Positions 24,701 to 37,439 of a DNA stretch of 64,000 nucleotides are shown piece after piece; within the stretch, counting starts at the first letter, position 1, and each line of letters opens with the position of its first letter. The position numbers were made by a program, and so were the translations under genes. The notes below the pieces were generated by a model. It was not told the DNA's origin. It worked only from the letters and a program-made list of their open reading frames with translations, and made no database searches. The DNA comes from Azolla caroliniana (Eukaryota; Plantae; Polypodiophyta). The DNA is taken from contig JBHGNT010000002.1 in assembly GCA_043228905.1 (NCBI GenBank), positions 8,866,001-8,930,000 on the forward strand, read 5' to 3'.

Positions 24701-26858
24701 AACACTTCGCTCTTCTTCGCGATCATGCATACCCACGTGTGCCGAGTGAAGTCGTCAATGAAGCTTACGAAGTAACGGCTTCCACCAAGACTCATGTTCT
24801 GTGCCGGTCCCCACACATCCGAATGGATCAAATCCAGCGGACTTCGACTACGATTACGCTCATTGGCGAATGGAAGTCGGTGTTGTTTTCCCATCTGACC
24901 GGCTTCGCAGACTTGGCCACTACGGCCCCGAAATTTCGGCAAGCCAAAAACAATGTTCTTCATCTACATCTCACGAAGCCGTGGGAAATTTACATGGCCG
25001 AACCGCTTATGCCACAGGTCGATATCCAATTCGACCTTTTGTCCTCTCGCGTACAACGTGGTTCCGGCTTGATTAGTGTCGAGGATAAACATCCTCCCTT
25101 CACGGCGCCCTTGCGCGATCATTTTACCTTCTTCTTCAATGAAGCAGCCGAGATGCGTGAATCGAACTTGCATACCTTGGTCGACAATTTGTCCGACCGA
25201 CACAAGGTTCTTGGTTATTGTCGGGATGTGCAACTCGTTCATGTGTTTCCCTTTCTGCCCGATGTGGCTGAGGGGAACTTCGCCAACATGTTCGATGGTA
25301 TGCGGAGTGTCGTCTCCCATTTCGACCACTCCTTGCGATTCCGGTTTCTCCAAGTACGAGAACCATTCCTCGTGACTCGTCATATGATTTAACATACCAC
25401 ACCTCGCTCGATTTTGAGGTGTTCACGGCCATCAAATTGGCCTTATGCTTCATTACGAATGTGGGGCCCAATCCACTTCCGGCTCGTTCGGGACCCTCAG
25501 TGTAGTGCGACTTTTGACGCCTTCTTGCGTCTCTTCCACTCGGTCCAACTTTGTCCAAATCAACTTGTTTCTTCCAGCACTCGCTCTCCTTGTGGCTTTT
25601 CTTGCCATAGTACCAGCAATTCGACACGGCCTTCTCTTGCTATTTTCTGGCGCCGCCATGACTCCCCCTGCTTCCGGAGGGTTCGGAATTGCTTCCGGCA
25701 TCTCGATTATGCCGTCCATTCTGCTCCTTTCGGCCGCCTCCATTGCGCTCCCATCCGCCTCATCCACCACGACAACAGGGCCTATAATCCTCCGTGTAGA
25801 ACATCTTGCCATCGGCGTGCACACTCGTCCACGCACCCACGTGGTTTTCTTCTACAAGCAACATTGATTGAAGCTCGAAAAAAGAAGCCGTATTCTCCCT
25901 CGTGCAGACCACCGTTTGGAAAGCTCCGAACTTAGACGCTAACCCGCCAAGACAAACATGCACCATCTCGTCCTCCTCGACGTTCACGTTCACAGAGGCG
26001 ATCGAATCGCAGATTTCTTTAATCTTGGTGGTGTAGTCAACCACCGACATATCTCGTTGTCGTACATTGCTCAACTCTTGCCTGAGTTGAAGCTTCCTGG
26101 CTATTGTGCTTGTGGCGAAAAGCTTTTTGAGATTCGCCCATGTGTCCTTTGGCATCTTAGCATCTCGAATATAGCTCAATAGCTGGTCGTTCACACAGGA
26201 TGCAAAGCAGTAGAGAACTCTGCTTGCCGCTTGTTCCCAAGCCGAAAAAACTCTGTGTGTCGAATCGGGTGCTACATCATTAGCTCCTTCGACATAACTC
26301 TAGTAATGGTGACCGAGCAGGTACTGGTGTATCTTGTACGACCAAGATGCGTGGTTGCTCCTGTCGAGCTTCCCATACCTCTATCCATATTGTTCAACTC
26401 TGTTTTGTCGCAAGCTTTTCTTGTCGGCTATAGAGGACTACAACCCTCGCGCTCTGATACCATGTAGAAGAATATGTGTGCGGAAGCATATGCGAAACAC
26501 AGAGTACATAGTTCAGAGAACTTAGAAAACACAGAGATGGAGAGGAAGAGGGAGAGATAGAGGGAGAGCAGACAACTCAGTTCTATTTCAAAATAATGAC
26601 GCTCTGTACATAGGATGTGCTTAGTGAGCACTTTTATACAAGTCCATACAGACTGACAGAAGTACTGACATGTACTTCAATGCTCATAAATGAACTCTAC
26701 ACTAACTCCCAAAATATATTCCTACGCGGAATATCTTTCCAACGGCCTCGCGGTTTACGCACCGCTACGGCCTATTGTGCGCACGGTTTTACGCACCCAA
26801 TTTAGGCACTGGGTTACGCACCCGATTACGCACCGAATGTTGAGCTTGTCTCTCAACA
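21762..26858 (-). mobile_element. Ty1/Copia (Bryco/Lyco-like, family B): 5' LTR plus decayed gag-pol; 3' end interrupted by the Phygy-like element
   Basis: 5' LTR 26463-26858 (TGTTGAGAGACAAGCTCAACA...TACA); PBS 26451-26462; gag, [48 protein letters not shown]. Confidence 0.93.
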
Positions 26859-27413
26859 GAAACATATTTACAAATCTATCTCTCTTCTCAGTTCATACCA
26901 GACTCCTTCTAGGTTCATCCGATCTGGTTTCCATATATGCTTCTCGTCACTCCAATTCGTTTACCTTCTTCTCCAGCTTCTCTGATCCCCATCCGGAGGG
27001 ACTAATATCTCAACAATATCCCCGTTCACTCCGGTATGGGGTCTTCATCAGTTTGATTCGTCTCCGGCATGTGTCCAACTTGTCGGCTAACATCACCTTG
27101 GTCAGCATATCCGACCTGTTCTCCTTCGTATTGATCTTCATCAGCTAAAATTATTTATCTTCTACCTTCTCTCGGAGCCAGTGATATCTCCTCTAGATGT
27201 GCTTAGTCCGAGAATGGCAAGCCACGTTCTTTGCAAGGTGGATGGCACTTTGACTATCGTTGTCGAGCTGATATTCCTCCTGCCGGATTCCTAACTCTCC
27301 GATGAAGTCCTTCATCCAGATTACTTCCTTCCCGGCTTCCACGACTGCCATGTACTCTGGTTCCATTGTCGATAGTGCAACAGACTTTTGTAGCCTCAAC
27401 TGCCACGATACGG

Positions 27414-28833
27414 TGTCGCAAAGTTTTGCGCGCATGTGTTACTTGGGCAGGACCACGGGGGTCTTGGACTAGGGAGTACTCAAGGGATAGATAATTATTT
27501 ATTTATTTATTTTAAATCTTATAAATATAAAGCACTCTTCGAACCCACACTACGAATCCTCTCTACGAACTCACTCTACGAACTCTCTCTACGAATCCTC
27601 TCTACGAACCCACTCTACGAACTCTCTCTACGAACCCACTCTACGAACTCTCTCTACGAATCCTCTCTAGAACCCACTCTATGAACCCTCTCCGAGCAAG
27701 GGCTTGTTGCCCTTTGTTTTGTGAGTTTGGTGGCTTTCGTTGATCACGACTCGTCGACCTTTCGAGATCACCGCACCAACCAAGTGATCAAACAAGTACA
27801 AGCAAAGATGATCGTGCAAGATGAATGCACAAGGGGACAATAACACAAACACGAATGCCCATACGCCTTTATGAGGAGGAGAGGTGCATGGGCATGCCCG
27901 AAACGCTCCCTCGTCACAAGACGGCCGAACGTACAAGGAAGACACGGACGAAGAAAGAAAGAAAGAAGAAAGAAACATGAATGATATCGGCCAAAGAAAT
28001 AAATACGTGTTCGATTCCAACGCTAGAGGACCCTTTATAAAATAGGGTTTGATTACAATGGCAACTTCTAGTCAACCACAAGCTCAATCAAAACATAAAT
28101 ACTAAATGACCTTAGAGACAAGAGCAAAACCGAACACGGCGAAGATGAACACACGAGCACCACCAAAATGCCAACCCCAATGAACCACGACCACCCGAAC
28201 GGCGAGCACATGGGCTCGCAACGACGAACGGAGCGAAGCAACGTCGAACCAACGAAGCTTGGGCTCACAAGCACTTCAAGTGCCAACGCGAAGAAGACGA
28301 ACACGTGGCGATGAGGGGATGAAGGGGTATGAAGAGATGAAGAGAAGTGGTGAAGAAGAAGATGAAGAGCTCCGAAGGAAAAATGGCGATAGTCTCCTCC
28401 TCCCAAAACGTCCTCCCCCCAAAATGAGCCCCCCTTGACCTCCTTTTATAGGAAATAAAAAGGGGGGGTCGCCAATTTTTTCTTGAATGCAAAAGGAATA
28501 AAATTCCTTAAATCACACTACATTGTAAGACCATATTTGAACCGTGCACCTCTAGCTAGAGGTCAATGTGACTATCTACTAACCCATTAACTCTATTATA
28601 TATAATATATAATTTTATCTCTACAAATTCATAGCTTGTCTCCCTTCTACCTTTTATTTCTCCTCTCTCTTACTTTTTACACGAGCTTCTATACATCCTT
28701 TCCACCCTTTCTTTTTCCTTTTAATTTGCATATGCACAATTAATCGTCTTTGTGTGCACACACATTGCACATGCACATTTTGACCCCCCCTTTCGCTAGT
28801 TTTTCCCACTCTCGAGCACACCATATCACGACA
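27414..28833 (-). mobile_element. Solo LTR (1.42 kb, Gypsy-type) inserted in Copia RNase H
   Basis: TGTCG...CGACA termini; splits YAKGA|VSWQ; 4-bp TSD ACGG/ATGG; minus-strand TATAAAAGG near 28450 gives the orientation. Confidence 0.8.
27537..27692. repeat. 13-bp minisatellite (CTACGAAyyywCT) x ~12 inside the solo LTR
   Basis: Directly visible head-to-tail units CTACGAATCCTCT, CTACGAACTCACT, CTACGAACTCTCT, CTACGAACCCACT. Confidence 0.9.
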
Positions 28834-31800
28834 ATGGCTCCCTTTGCATATGTCATGATGTATCCGGATGCAAATTGGCTAGTATCTGCATCAACCGACA
28901 TGTCCGAATCGGTGAAGCCTTGCAATAGGGGTTTACTGGAGCCGAATCGGAGGCACATGCTCGAGGCTCCTTTTAGGTACCGGAGTATCCACTTGACAAT
29001 GGCCCAGTGTTCTCTTTCCGGGTTGTTCATGAACCGGCTGACCACTTCGACGGCATATTGGATATCCAGTCGTGTACACACCATTGCGTACATGAGGCTT
29101 TCAATTGTAGAGGCATACGGTATCTTCATCATTTCCGACTTCTTTTCCAGATAACTTGCAGCTAGCTGGAAGTGTCGACCCGACCGGCTTCGCATCCGAC
29201 ATACTGAATCATTGGAGCACCTTCGTCACGTACTTCTCTTGTGACAACCACAATAGCTTCTTCGTCTGGCCCCAAACTATGTGCATCCCCAGTATTTGTC
29301 TCGTCGGAGCCAAATCTTTCATTAAGAAGGTCCGGTTCAAGGCCTTCTTCAAATTCCTGATTTTGTTCAGCCCGGTCCGACGATTAGCACGTCATCCACA
29401 TACAACAGGAGTATCAGGAAGTCACCTCCGTCAAATTTCTTCAAGAACATCCAGTGGTTGGCCTATGCCTTGTGGTATCCTTTGGTCAGTCATGAAGGAG
29501 TCGAACTTCCGATACCATTTTCGGGGAGATTATTTCAGTCCATATAAGCTCTTCTTCAACCGGCACACCAGGTTCTCTTTCCCTCTCTTGAAGAATCCTT
29601 CCGGTTGTTGCATGTAGATCTCTTCTTTGAGGTCTCCATGTACGAACATCGTCTTGACGTCTAGTTGCTCTACCTCGAGGTTTAGGCTTGCCACTATGCT
29701 CAACACCGTCCGGATTGATGTCATCTTCACTACCGGGGCAAAGATCTCATCAAAATCCACTCCTTTCTTCAGTTGGAAGCCATTCACCACAATGCGGGCT
29801 TTGTATCTCGGTGGATTTCCGGCGCCTCCCGGTTTCAGCTTGTACACCCACTTGTTCGGGGGGGCCTTTTCTCTCTTAGAGAGTATCTCCGTCCTTGGTT
29901 TTCGACCACTGACTCCTCCATCTATTCTTCATCTGAATTTTATTCGGGGTCTTGTCCGGTTCCGGTGTCTATTTCTTCTTCTTCAGTCGATTCGGTTCTT
30001 TGTCCAAATCCGGCCGGTTCATCATGGTCTTCGGTTGACATCCGGCTTCCGACCGGATGTGTCCTAGCATCTTCCAACCAATTTCTATCGGTCAACCCAG
30101 AGTCCACTATCTTCTTCTCTGACTCCCAATCGGTAATGGTCTTGTCTTACATGAAGATTATGTCTCAACTCCGGAAAACCTTCTTGTCGACCAAGTCCCA
30201 CACTCGATAGCCGAACTCATCATCGTCGTATCCAAGGAATATGCATGGCTATTACTTCGGGTCCAATTTTTCTCTCTTGTCCTTTGCTACATGCACATAG
30301 ACGAGACAACTAGACACCTTCAGATGCCGGTAAGACACGTCTTTACCGGTCCATACTCTCTGTGGTGTATCTTCGTCCAAGGGCGATGAGGGTGATCGGT
30401 TTATTACGTAGGTCGCGGTCATCAGTGCCTCAACCCAAAATGTCTTGGACAACTTAGCATGTGTCAACATGCTCCAGACTCTCTCCAACACAGTCCTGTT
30501 CATTCTTTCATCCAATCCATTCAGCTCCGGTGTTTTCGTCATGGTGAATTCAAGCCGGATTCCCTTCGACCACTGGTACTCCTCGAACTACCCCCGGTAT
30601 TCGCCTCTGTTGTCCGCTAGAAATCCGTTCAACTTCCGGCCAGTTTCCCTTTCCACTCTCGCATGGAATTACTTGAAGACGGATAATACCTTAATCTTCG
30701 TCTTCAGCGGTGAGACCCATAGCTTCCGGTTGTGATCATCTATGAATGTCACGAAGTATTGTGATTAGGAATGTGACTTTGTGTCCACTTGGCATACATC
30801 GGTATGTACAAGTTCCAACGGTGCATTCCATCTCAACGGTGGTCAAGTTCGGAAAGAGGTTTGGTTCTACTTGCCATCCAAATAGTCAGTGCACTTCTCA
30901 AGTTGCATGTCTTTCTCCTCTGGAATGAGGTTATCTTCGGCAAGTCTCCGCATCGCCACGTTCACTTCTTCCCAGCATATCCTGACATGCATCAGGTATA
31001 ACGTATTGATCTTCCGGGATCAGGCCACGATTAAGCTTCCTTTGCTGAATTTCATTACTCCATTCCGAATGTTACCCGTGTGGCCTTCATCATCCAGCCG
31101 ACCGGATGATATGCGGTTCAATCGAACCTCCGGAACGTGTCAAACATCTTTTAGCAACAACTTGCACCCGGTTGACGTTGTCAACCACACGTCTCCTATG
31201 CCGACAATTTGGCATGCACCTTCATTCCCCATCCGCATACAGTCGTGATCTCCGACTCTGTAGGATGCGACGCATTTCCGATCCGGAGTCAAATGGAATG
31301 ACGCGCCAGAGTCGACCACCCATGTCGTCTCGTTGCTGACAAGGTGCAACTCATTTTCCTCGGTGATGAGCAACAATTCTTCTTCACTTGTCACGATTGG
31401 AGATGTTCCTTTCCGATCCGAACTCCTCCAACCCGGTCCCTTCTTCGAGTCGGCACATCAGTTTCTTTCTCCTTCCGAAAATGTCGGCAATTCTTCTGGA
31501 AATTTCCTAGCTTTCCACAATAAAAGCAAGTTGGCCTCCCCCTTGACTTCGACCTCGTCCCCGATTTGTCCCAGTTCTCGGGGTTCCGATTCCGGCCTCT
31601 TCCCCGATTATTGTCGACTTCCGTAACCAAGGCCTTCAGATCAGTTCCGGATTCCCGGTCCTTCCGGCGAGCTTCTTCATCTAGCAAGCTCGACTTTACT
31701 CTTACTAGGGATAGGTGTTTCCCTTCCGGCCCGGCGTTGCCCAAACTGACAACCAATGTCTCCCAACTATCCGAGCGGGAACCGAGGAGCAACAACGTGA

Positions 31801-33469
31801 GTACCTCATCGGCTAGAGGTACTTCCAACGAGATTTTTTGATTTATAAGCCCTTGGAAGGCATTCATGTGGTCCGCCATACTAGAGCCGTCTTGGTATCA
31901 GAGTCTCACTAATTTCCGGAATATTGAAACCTGATTCACAACATTCTTGTTTTGAAACATGATGCATATCTTCTCCTAGAGTTCATGAGCCTTACTCTCT
32001 TCGTTGAAGTTGTTGTACAGGCTCATATCGATGAAGCATCGAATGTAGGCTATTGTCTTCATGTGCATCACCTCCTAGGTTGGCGCATCTATTTTGTCTG
32101 GTTTTGCATCTCCAAACTGTACTGGTAGCCAGAGATCTTTGACCACCAATATATTAACCTTCTCTTTTAGAATGAACCGCCACGTTGTTTTCCCTTTATA
32201 TCTTATTCTTCCCAAGGAACCTTTGGTGGGAGAAAAATGTTGTTCATCCCATTCATCCAACCTTATCATTCTGAAAATAAGCTCTTACCAGTTGAGCTAT
32301 GTCTTTTTGTTGTCTTGAGCCTCACCTTGTAGGATGTCTTAGTCATCCCTTCATCTAAACCTGGGATCTTCACCCATTCATAAACCAAAGGTTTTGAAGC
32401 ATTTCTTCCCATGAGCACACCATACCACTACATCTATCTTGTCAAATTGTAGTTCATGCAAAGTTACAAAACATTCTCATAAGATATTAATGCAAAATCT
32501 GATGCCTTTGGATACATTGCATGCATAGAGTACAAATGCTCTATTACCGAAGAAAGAGCAACAAAGCTTGATGAGAATGGAACAATTGAAAATGAAGTGT
32601 CACATTACCTTCCCCATGCAAATCAGGTGCCAACTATCACAATGCAAATCAATGATGTGAAGATGACAAAGGTGGGTATATAGACAATGAACAGGATTGA
32701 CAACGACCTATATATCAAAGTGTAATTTAAGTAAATTAGAATCTTAATGAATTCCGACTTGTACATCAAGGTGGACAATGACCAATATAATCCAATAGTC
32801 ATATGCAAGATTTTGATGATTCATTACCCAATATTGTCAATCTGCAAGATATGGTAGATTGCAACCTATGCCAACATGACAACTTCAATTTGCACAAATG
32901 AATGGGTGCCACACTTCACATTCCAACAACTATCCTCTTTTTTCCAATAGCCGACGACTTGCATAAATTTATGAACGAGGCATTGCATAGTTTGATGAAT
33001 AACGATCATCCTTTCTGACAAAATAGTTACCACCATTGTCACTAGATGCTTATAACGATAGCTTGACTCTCGAGTGCCTATTTTGAGTCTACAACAAAAT
33101 TTTCAAAGATTTCAAATCTTGGTGCTTCATCAAAATTAAACCTCAATAATGAAGAGGTGTATTTCCAACCATTACCAACATCAGAAAGAAAATTTGAAAC
33201 CATAAGAATATTTAAAAACACTTATGAACATATCAAAATGATTGAACCAATGAAGCTTTAATGGTTTATGTAGAAAATAATGATATTGCGCATGAAACTT
33301 TTGATGTTTATTTTTTAGGTTTTGATGTTTATATTTAAGTAAGACACATCATAAATTTCTTATCTAATTCTTATTTTTTAAATTAAACAAAACATATTTC
33401 GTAATTGGTGTAGTGATTATGTGTGTGTTAATGTTAGTTTAACAAAAGAAGCCTTTTAGGCTTCTAGGG

Positions 33470-34140
33470 TTTTTTTTTCCAAAAAAAAACTCCTTCCGTT
33501 AGTTATAAAATTTTACAAATGAGACCATTATGTAAAAATCCCTGTAGGGACACGATAGTTCCATCTTATGTGGATGCCCACTAACTCAAGAAAAGGAGAG
33601 GACGACCATTGTTGGATGAAGGTTATTCATTGTCTTTCAACTCCATCGGAACCACCCTTGAGGCCATCATATTGGCTCTTTAGAGTGGCTACAATTTCAC
33701 TCCATATCTCTTGCAGTAATATTGTTGGATCTACGGTTTGGTTGGAGAAGACTCGTCTACACCCTTGTTTCCATAGAATCCAAAGAGTTATTGGGCTGAC
33801 CAATTCCAACACAACTTGAGATTTGTCATTAAGAGGAGTTGAGTGGACATTGTTGTTGGTGGAGAAAAAAACATCTTGTGCTTTTATCACCAAAGTCATA
33901 CCCTCCTCTTGATGCTCATATTTGTCAACTAGGGTCTGCCATGATAGCCAACATATATTTCCCCGCTTGATTGAGCCTTGCACCTGGCATAATTGCAACA
34001 ATCGACCAACCCCTCGCCATATTCGATGGGACATTGGGCAGTCCCACAAAGCGTGCCGTATTGATTCTATTGCATTTGGGCACTCTACACAATTAATAGA
34101 GCTAAGGTTCCCATGTTGCCATGCTCCCACCGGTAGGTTT
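33470..34140 (-). mobile_element. L1-like LINE 3' fragment (zf-RVT C-terminus)
   Basis: ORF 33627-34130 CVECPNAIESIRHALWDCP and ITLWILWKQGC; T-run near 33470 as a possible poly(A) tail. Confidence 0.75.
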
Positions 34141-34299
34141 CTAGGGTTTTATGGAGTCAAGAGAGGTAAGTGCTTTGATGTGTTGAGTTATGAAATAGTG
34201 TCTTATCATTGGGAAGTGTTCCCCCCAGTCCCTTGGATAGTTGTCCATGGGCAAGGACCCACCTAGGACTTGATTTAGTTCTTAATATCAAGAAACTAC

Positions 34300-37200
34300 A
34301 TAACACATCTTTTTCCTTTTACCTTGACAAATCATTGCTCAATTGAGAGAATTTGAGGACATGTGGTCTAATGGAAGAACTACTCTCACTAACATTCTCT
34401 GCAAGGTTAGTCTTGAACCACTTATTCTGAATAAACATGTCCAATTTTTGAGCTTGTAATGTCTCACTTTCAGATATTTTGAAATGTATCGAACATAAAC
34501 ATACACATCATATACATACAATTTACACAAAAATGTCATTTCTAGTCTTTTACAATGTATTGGCTCTAGAGTCCAATAAGTCTTTTTTGTTGTGCCTTTT
34601 TCTCTTGTGCCTAGATTTGAAACATTGGTATCAATGTATATATCATCGTTGGGCTATGAAGTGTATGGAAAGTGCTTAACATCACACATTCTTGCACATC
34701 CTTGTCACGGATTCTTGCAACAATGTATTCATGCTTTTTTGCAACATCATGCCAACGATATAATACGAGCATAGGTTACACGAATATCACGTCCATAAAT
34801 GTCCAATTATATTCTATGATATACAAGGTAGACACCATTTCACGATGGGGAGGGATCATTTCAGGAATTGTCGAATTTCTAAGGCTCAACAAATATTGAA
34901 AGATAAGCCACTCACATCCCATTGGAACACTTCAAAGACATTGAACTAAACTCAACTTCCTCCAATACGACATGCTCACAACCCATTTAATCCTACATGG
35001 AGTAAACGGTGTGCAAACGAAATTACTTTTGCTTTTTAACTTTATTTAGGGTTTGTTTATTCTCATTTCTTGAACCGGTTAACAACCTATGAGATGCATG
35101 GTATGTAGGCAATGGAGGAAATGGTTTACTTTATGTAATAGATAGGTTAGAATATATGGTAAAGGAATCTTAGTGAGTGTACTAAGTCTAGTTGTTCATT
35201 TCTACTTGTTTCGAATGGTAAAGGACATTTTGACTTAGTAAACTTTGTAATATAGGCTTACAACCTATAAGACTAAACTTGTATTTTCTTCAACGCCTAG
35301 CATATTGTTGTTAATAAATCGTGCAATCGATCCACCATGGATGATTTTGCATGCATCTATCTATATAGCAATGCTATTATGCAATTAAAGTCTATGATTA
35401 ATTTGATGAATCATGAGGTTATAAATCCATGGGGTTTAACCTTGCATAGTTCAATTGTAAGAACATTAAACTAAATAGACAAGTATGTATTGGTATATCT
35501 TATGATTAAGGAGTGTTTAAGCGAACTTTAACAAGATTATGAGGGAGTCATTCTTTGAAAACATGAGATTAATGTTTTATCTAAGTTTGAAACATTTTTA
35601 ATGTCTAAATTCTTCTTATTAATTTGTGACATTATACTTCTAGGTATGCATAATTTCCAAACACTAGATGCAAACACATTGGTCGAAATTTCACCCACAT
35701 AACTTTATTTCAAAATATCTATTTTTCATGTGTAATAAAGTAATGGATATAACACTAGGAAGGGTACAATAAACTCAATGACATTGTGCAAATATGTGGA
35801 ATAAGTACTACTCTTGATTCATTAATTTCCTTTTTAAGTGTACCTACAAGCGACAACTCTTGTTGTCTTGGGTAGACAACAAATTATTGCAAACTTGCAT
35901 TATTGTTGGCACTCACCTGACGTTGTTCTCTTATTACATTCATAGTAGTATCTAAGTTTATATATATATTAAAAGGACACCTATGAGTTTCATCAAATAG
36001 TCATGAGATGGCCAAAATGCATATAATTTACAACAAATGAATACCTTTAAGTTTTGGATTATGTCTTAATAGTTGTGTCATGAGCATGGATATTCATGTT
36101 CATGTAGATCATTAGGTGAATGGGGTTTTCCCAAAAACGAACTCTAGGGAGAATGCTCTTGGTGATGTAATCACTTGCAGTAAAGATGATCTAACTCACC
36201 AAGCATCATACGACACTCTAACCTTTTTCAATTCCTTATGTTTATGTATACATAAATATATAGTCTCTACAAAGAAAAGTAGGTTATTAATGCCACAAGA
36301 GAAGAAAACTATAGATTCTATTAAGGCCCTTTGAAAAGTCCACTGAATACATACTTGTAGCACCAAAAACTATTCGAACGGTGCTAGTAGATGGGTCGTA
36401 GTATCCTTGGGATGCGTGTATTTTGGTATAGATTACAAAAAATCTCATTGGCATAAGAATCTTCTTGAGAAATAAATTTTGCAATGGAAGAAATAAAGCT
36501 TATAACTTCCTCACTACACGTTAACACAAGTGTCCACTAGATACTCACATTGGGTTTTCAGTTCATTGCACTAAGACATTTTGATGAAGGTGTAATTTCT
36601 TCAAGTTTTTGTTTTTTTTTTTTAAACAAAATATGCTTCATTAGTAAAATTCTGCATACATGACAACCTGATTAGGCTAACAACATTACAATGGCTCTAG
36701 CCATGACGACCTATGAAAACCACAAATAATACAGCCTAAGATTATTACCACTTTCTCACCTAGCATTTTCGCCAAAAACTTCAAGGCACAAAACTATTAC
36801 CATTGTTTGCATAGCATGTGATCAATGCATTCAATGGTGCCCTACCTGTTATAGGCATGGTCCATTTTTCCCCCACATCCATGTCCTATATGCCCTGTCA
36901 TCATTGCATTCCATGAAACCACATATGTAGTTAGAAGCCTCTGGAACCATTGAATGCTTCAACAAGCCGGCTAATATGATCATGAGAGCTCCCTGTCCAG
37001 CTTTCATAAAATAGTGTGTTACACCTTCCATTCCAACTACTCTTTTCTCTGCGTGAGCTTCCATTGCATTCATCGCAACAGCTACTGCCAAGGTTCATTA
37101 CAACTTTTGCACTAGAATTCCTATGAATCCTCCAAATTTCCTGCATCTTACCAAAGTTGGTTCGTAAACATGAACTCCACAATCGATGAACTTCTCCCTA

Positions 37201-37330
37201 AGTAATGTCGTTGCTATGCCAACACCCATAGCAACAAGTAATGTTGATGCCATGCCAAAGCCCATATGCACCAAGTCCATCGGATTCAACATGTTGTACA
37301 AATATAGCTTCTTTCACTATGATTCCTTGA
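34300..37330 (-). pseudogene. Decayed multi-exon coding sequence of unrecognised family
   Basis: Long frames with isolated stops (36849-37301; about 34560-34990 IKWVVSMSYWRKL..GCEWLIFQYLL..LDIYGRDIRVTYARII); CAG|GTAGG donor near 36846; AG acceptors near 36513 and 34993. Confidence 0.35.
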
Positions 37331-37439
37331 TCATTGCTGCATCTGCTACCGTCTGCAGCCGTCGTCTACCGTCGTTTGACGACTGCCGCCGTCACCGTCG
37401 CCGTCACAGGGTGTTTCTTCTCCGTTTTCTCTTGACGTT

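Larger units (their letters stand above)
26859..32160 (-). mobile_element. Ty1/Copia (Tnt1/Tork-like, family A), 5'-truncated, with an interrupted 3' LTR
   Basis: Gag VVKDLWLPVQFGD, CFYCGKLGNFQKNC, WVVDSGAS, INT, RT and RH fragments homologous to 60821-64000 and 4224-5645; 3' LTR starts TGTTGAGATATTAGTCCCTCCGGATGG at 27015. Confidence 0.92.

Noticed and set aside
27537-27692. CRISPR-like repeat/variable pattern
   Set aside because: Units are 13 bp with recurring 6-bp variants, there are no unique spacers or cas genes, and the context is a eukaryotic LTR
28005-28020. B-box-like GTTCGATTCC in the solo LTR
   Set aside because: No convincing A-box at tRNA spacing
32160-33300. Possible Copia SH3/linker remnants
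   Set aside because: Too degraded to assign boundaries or family
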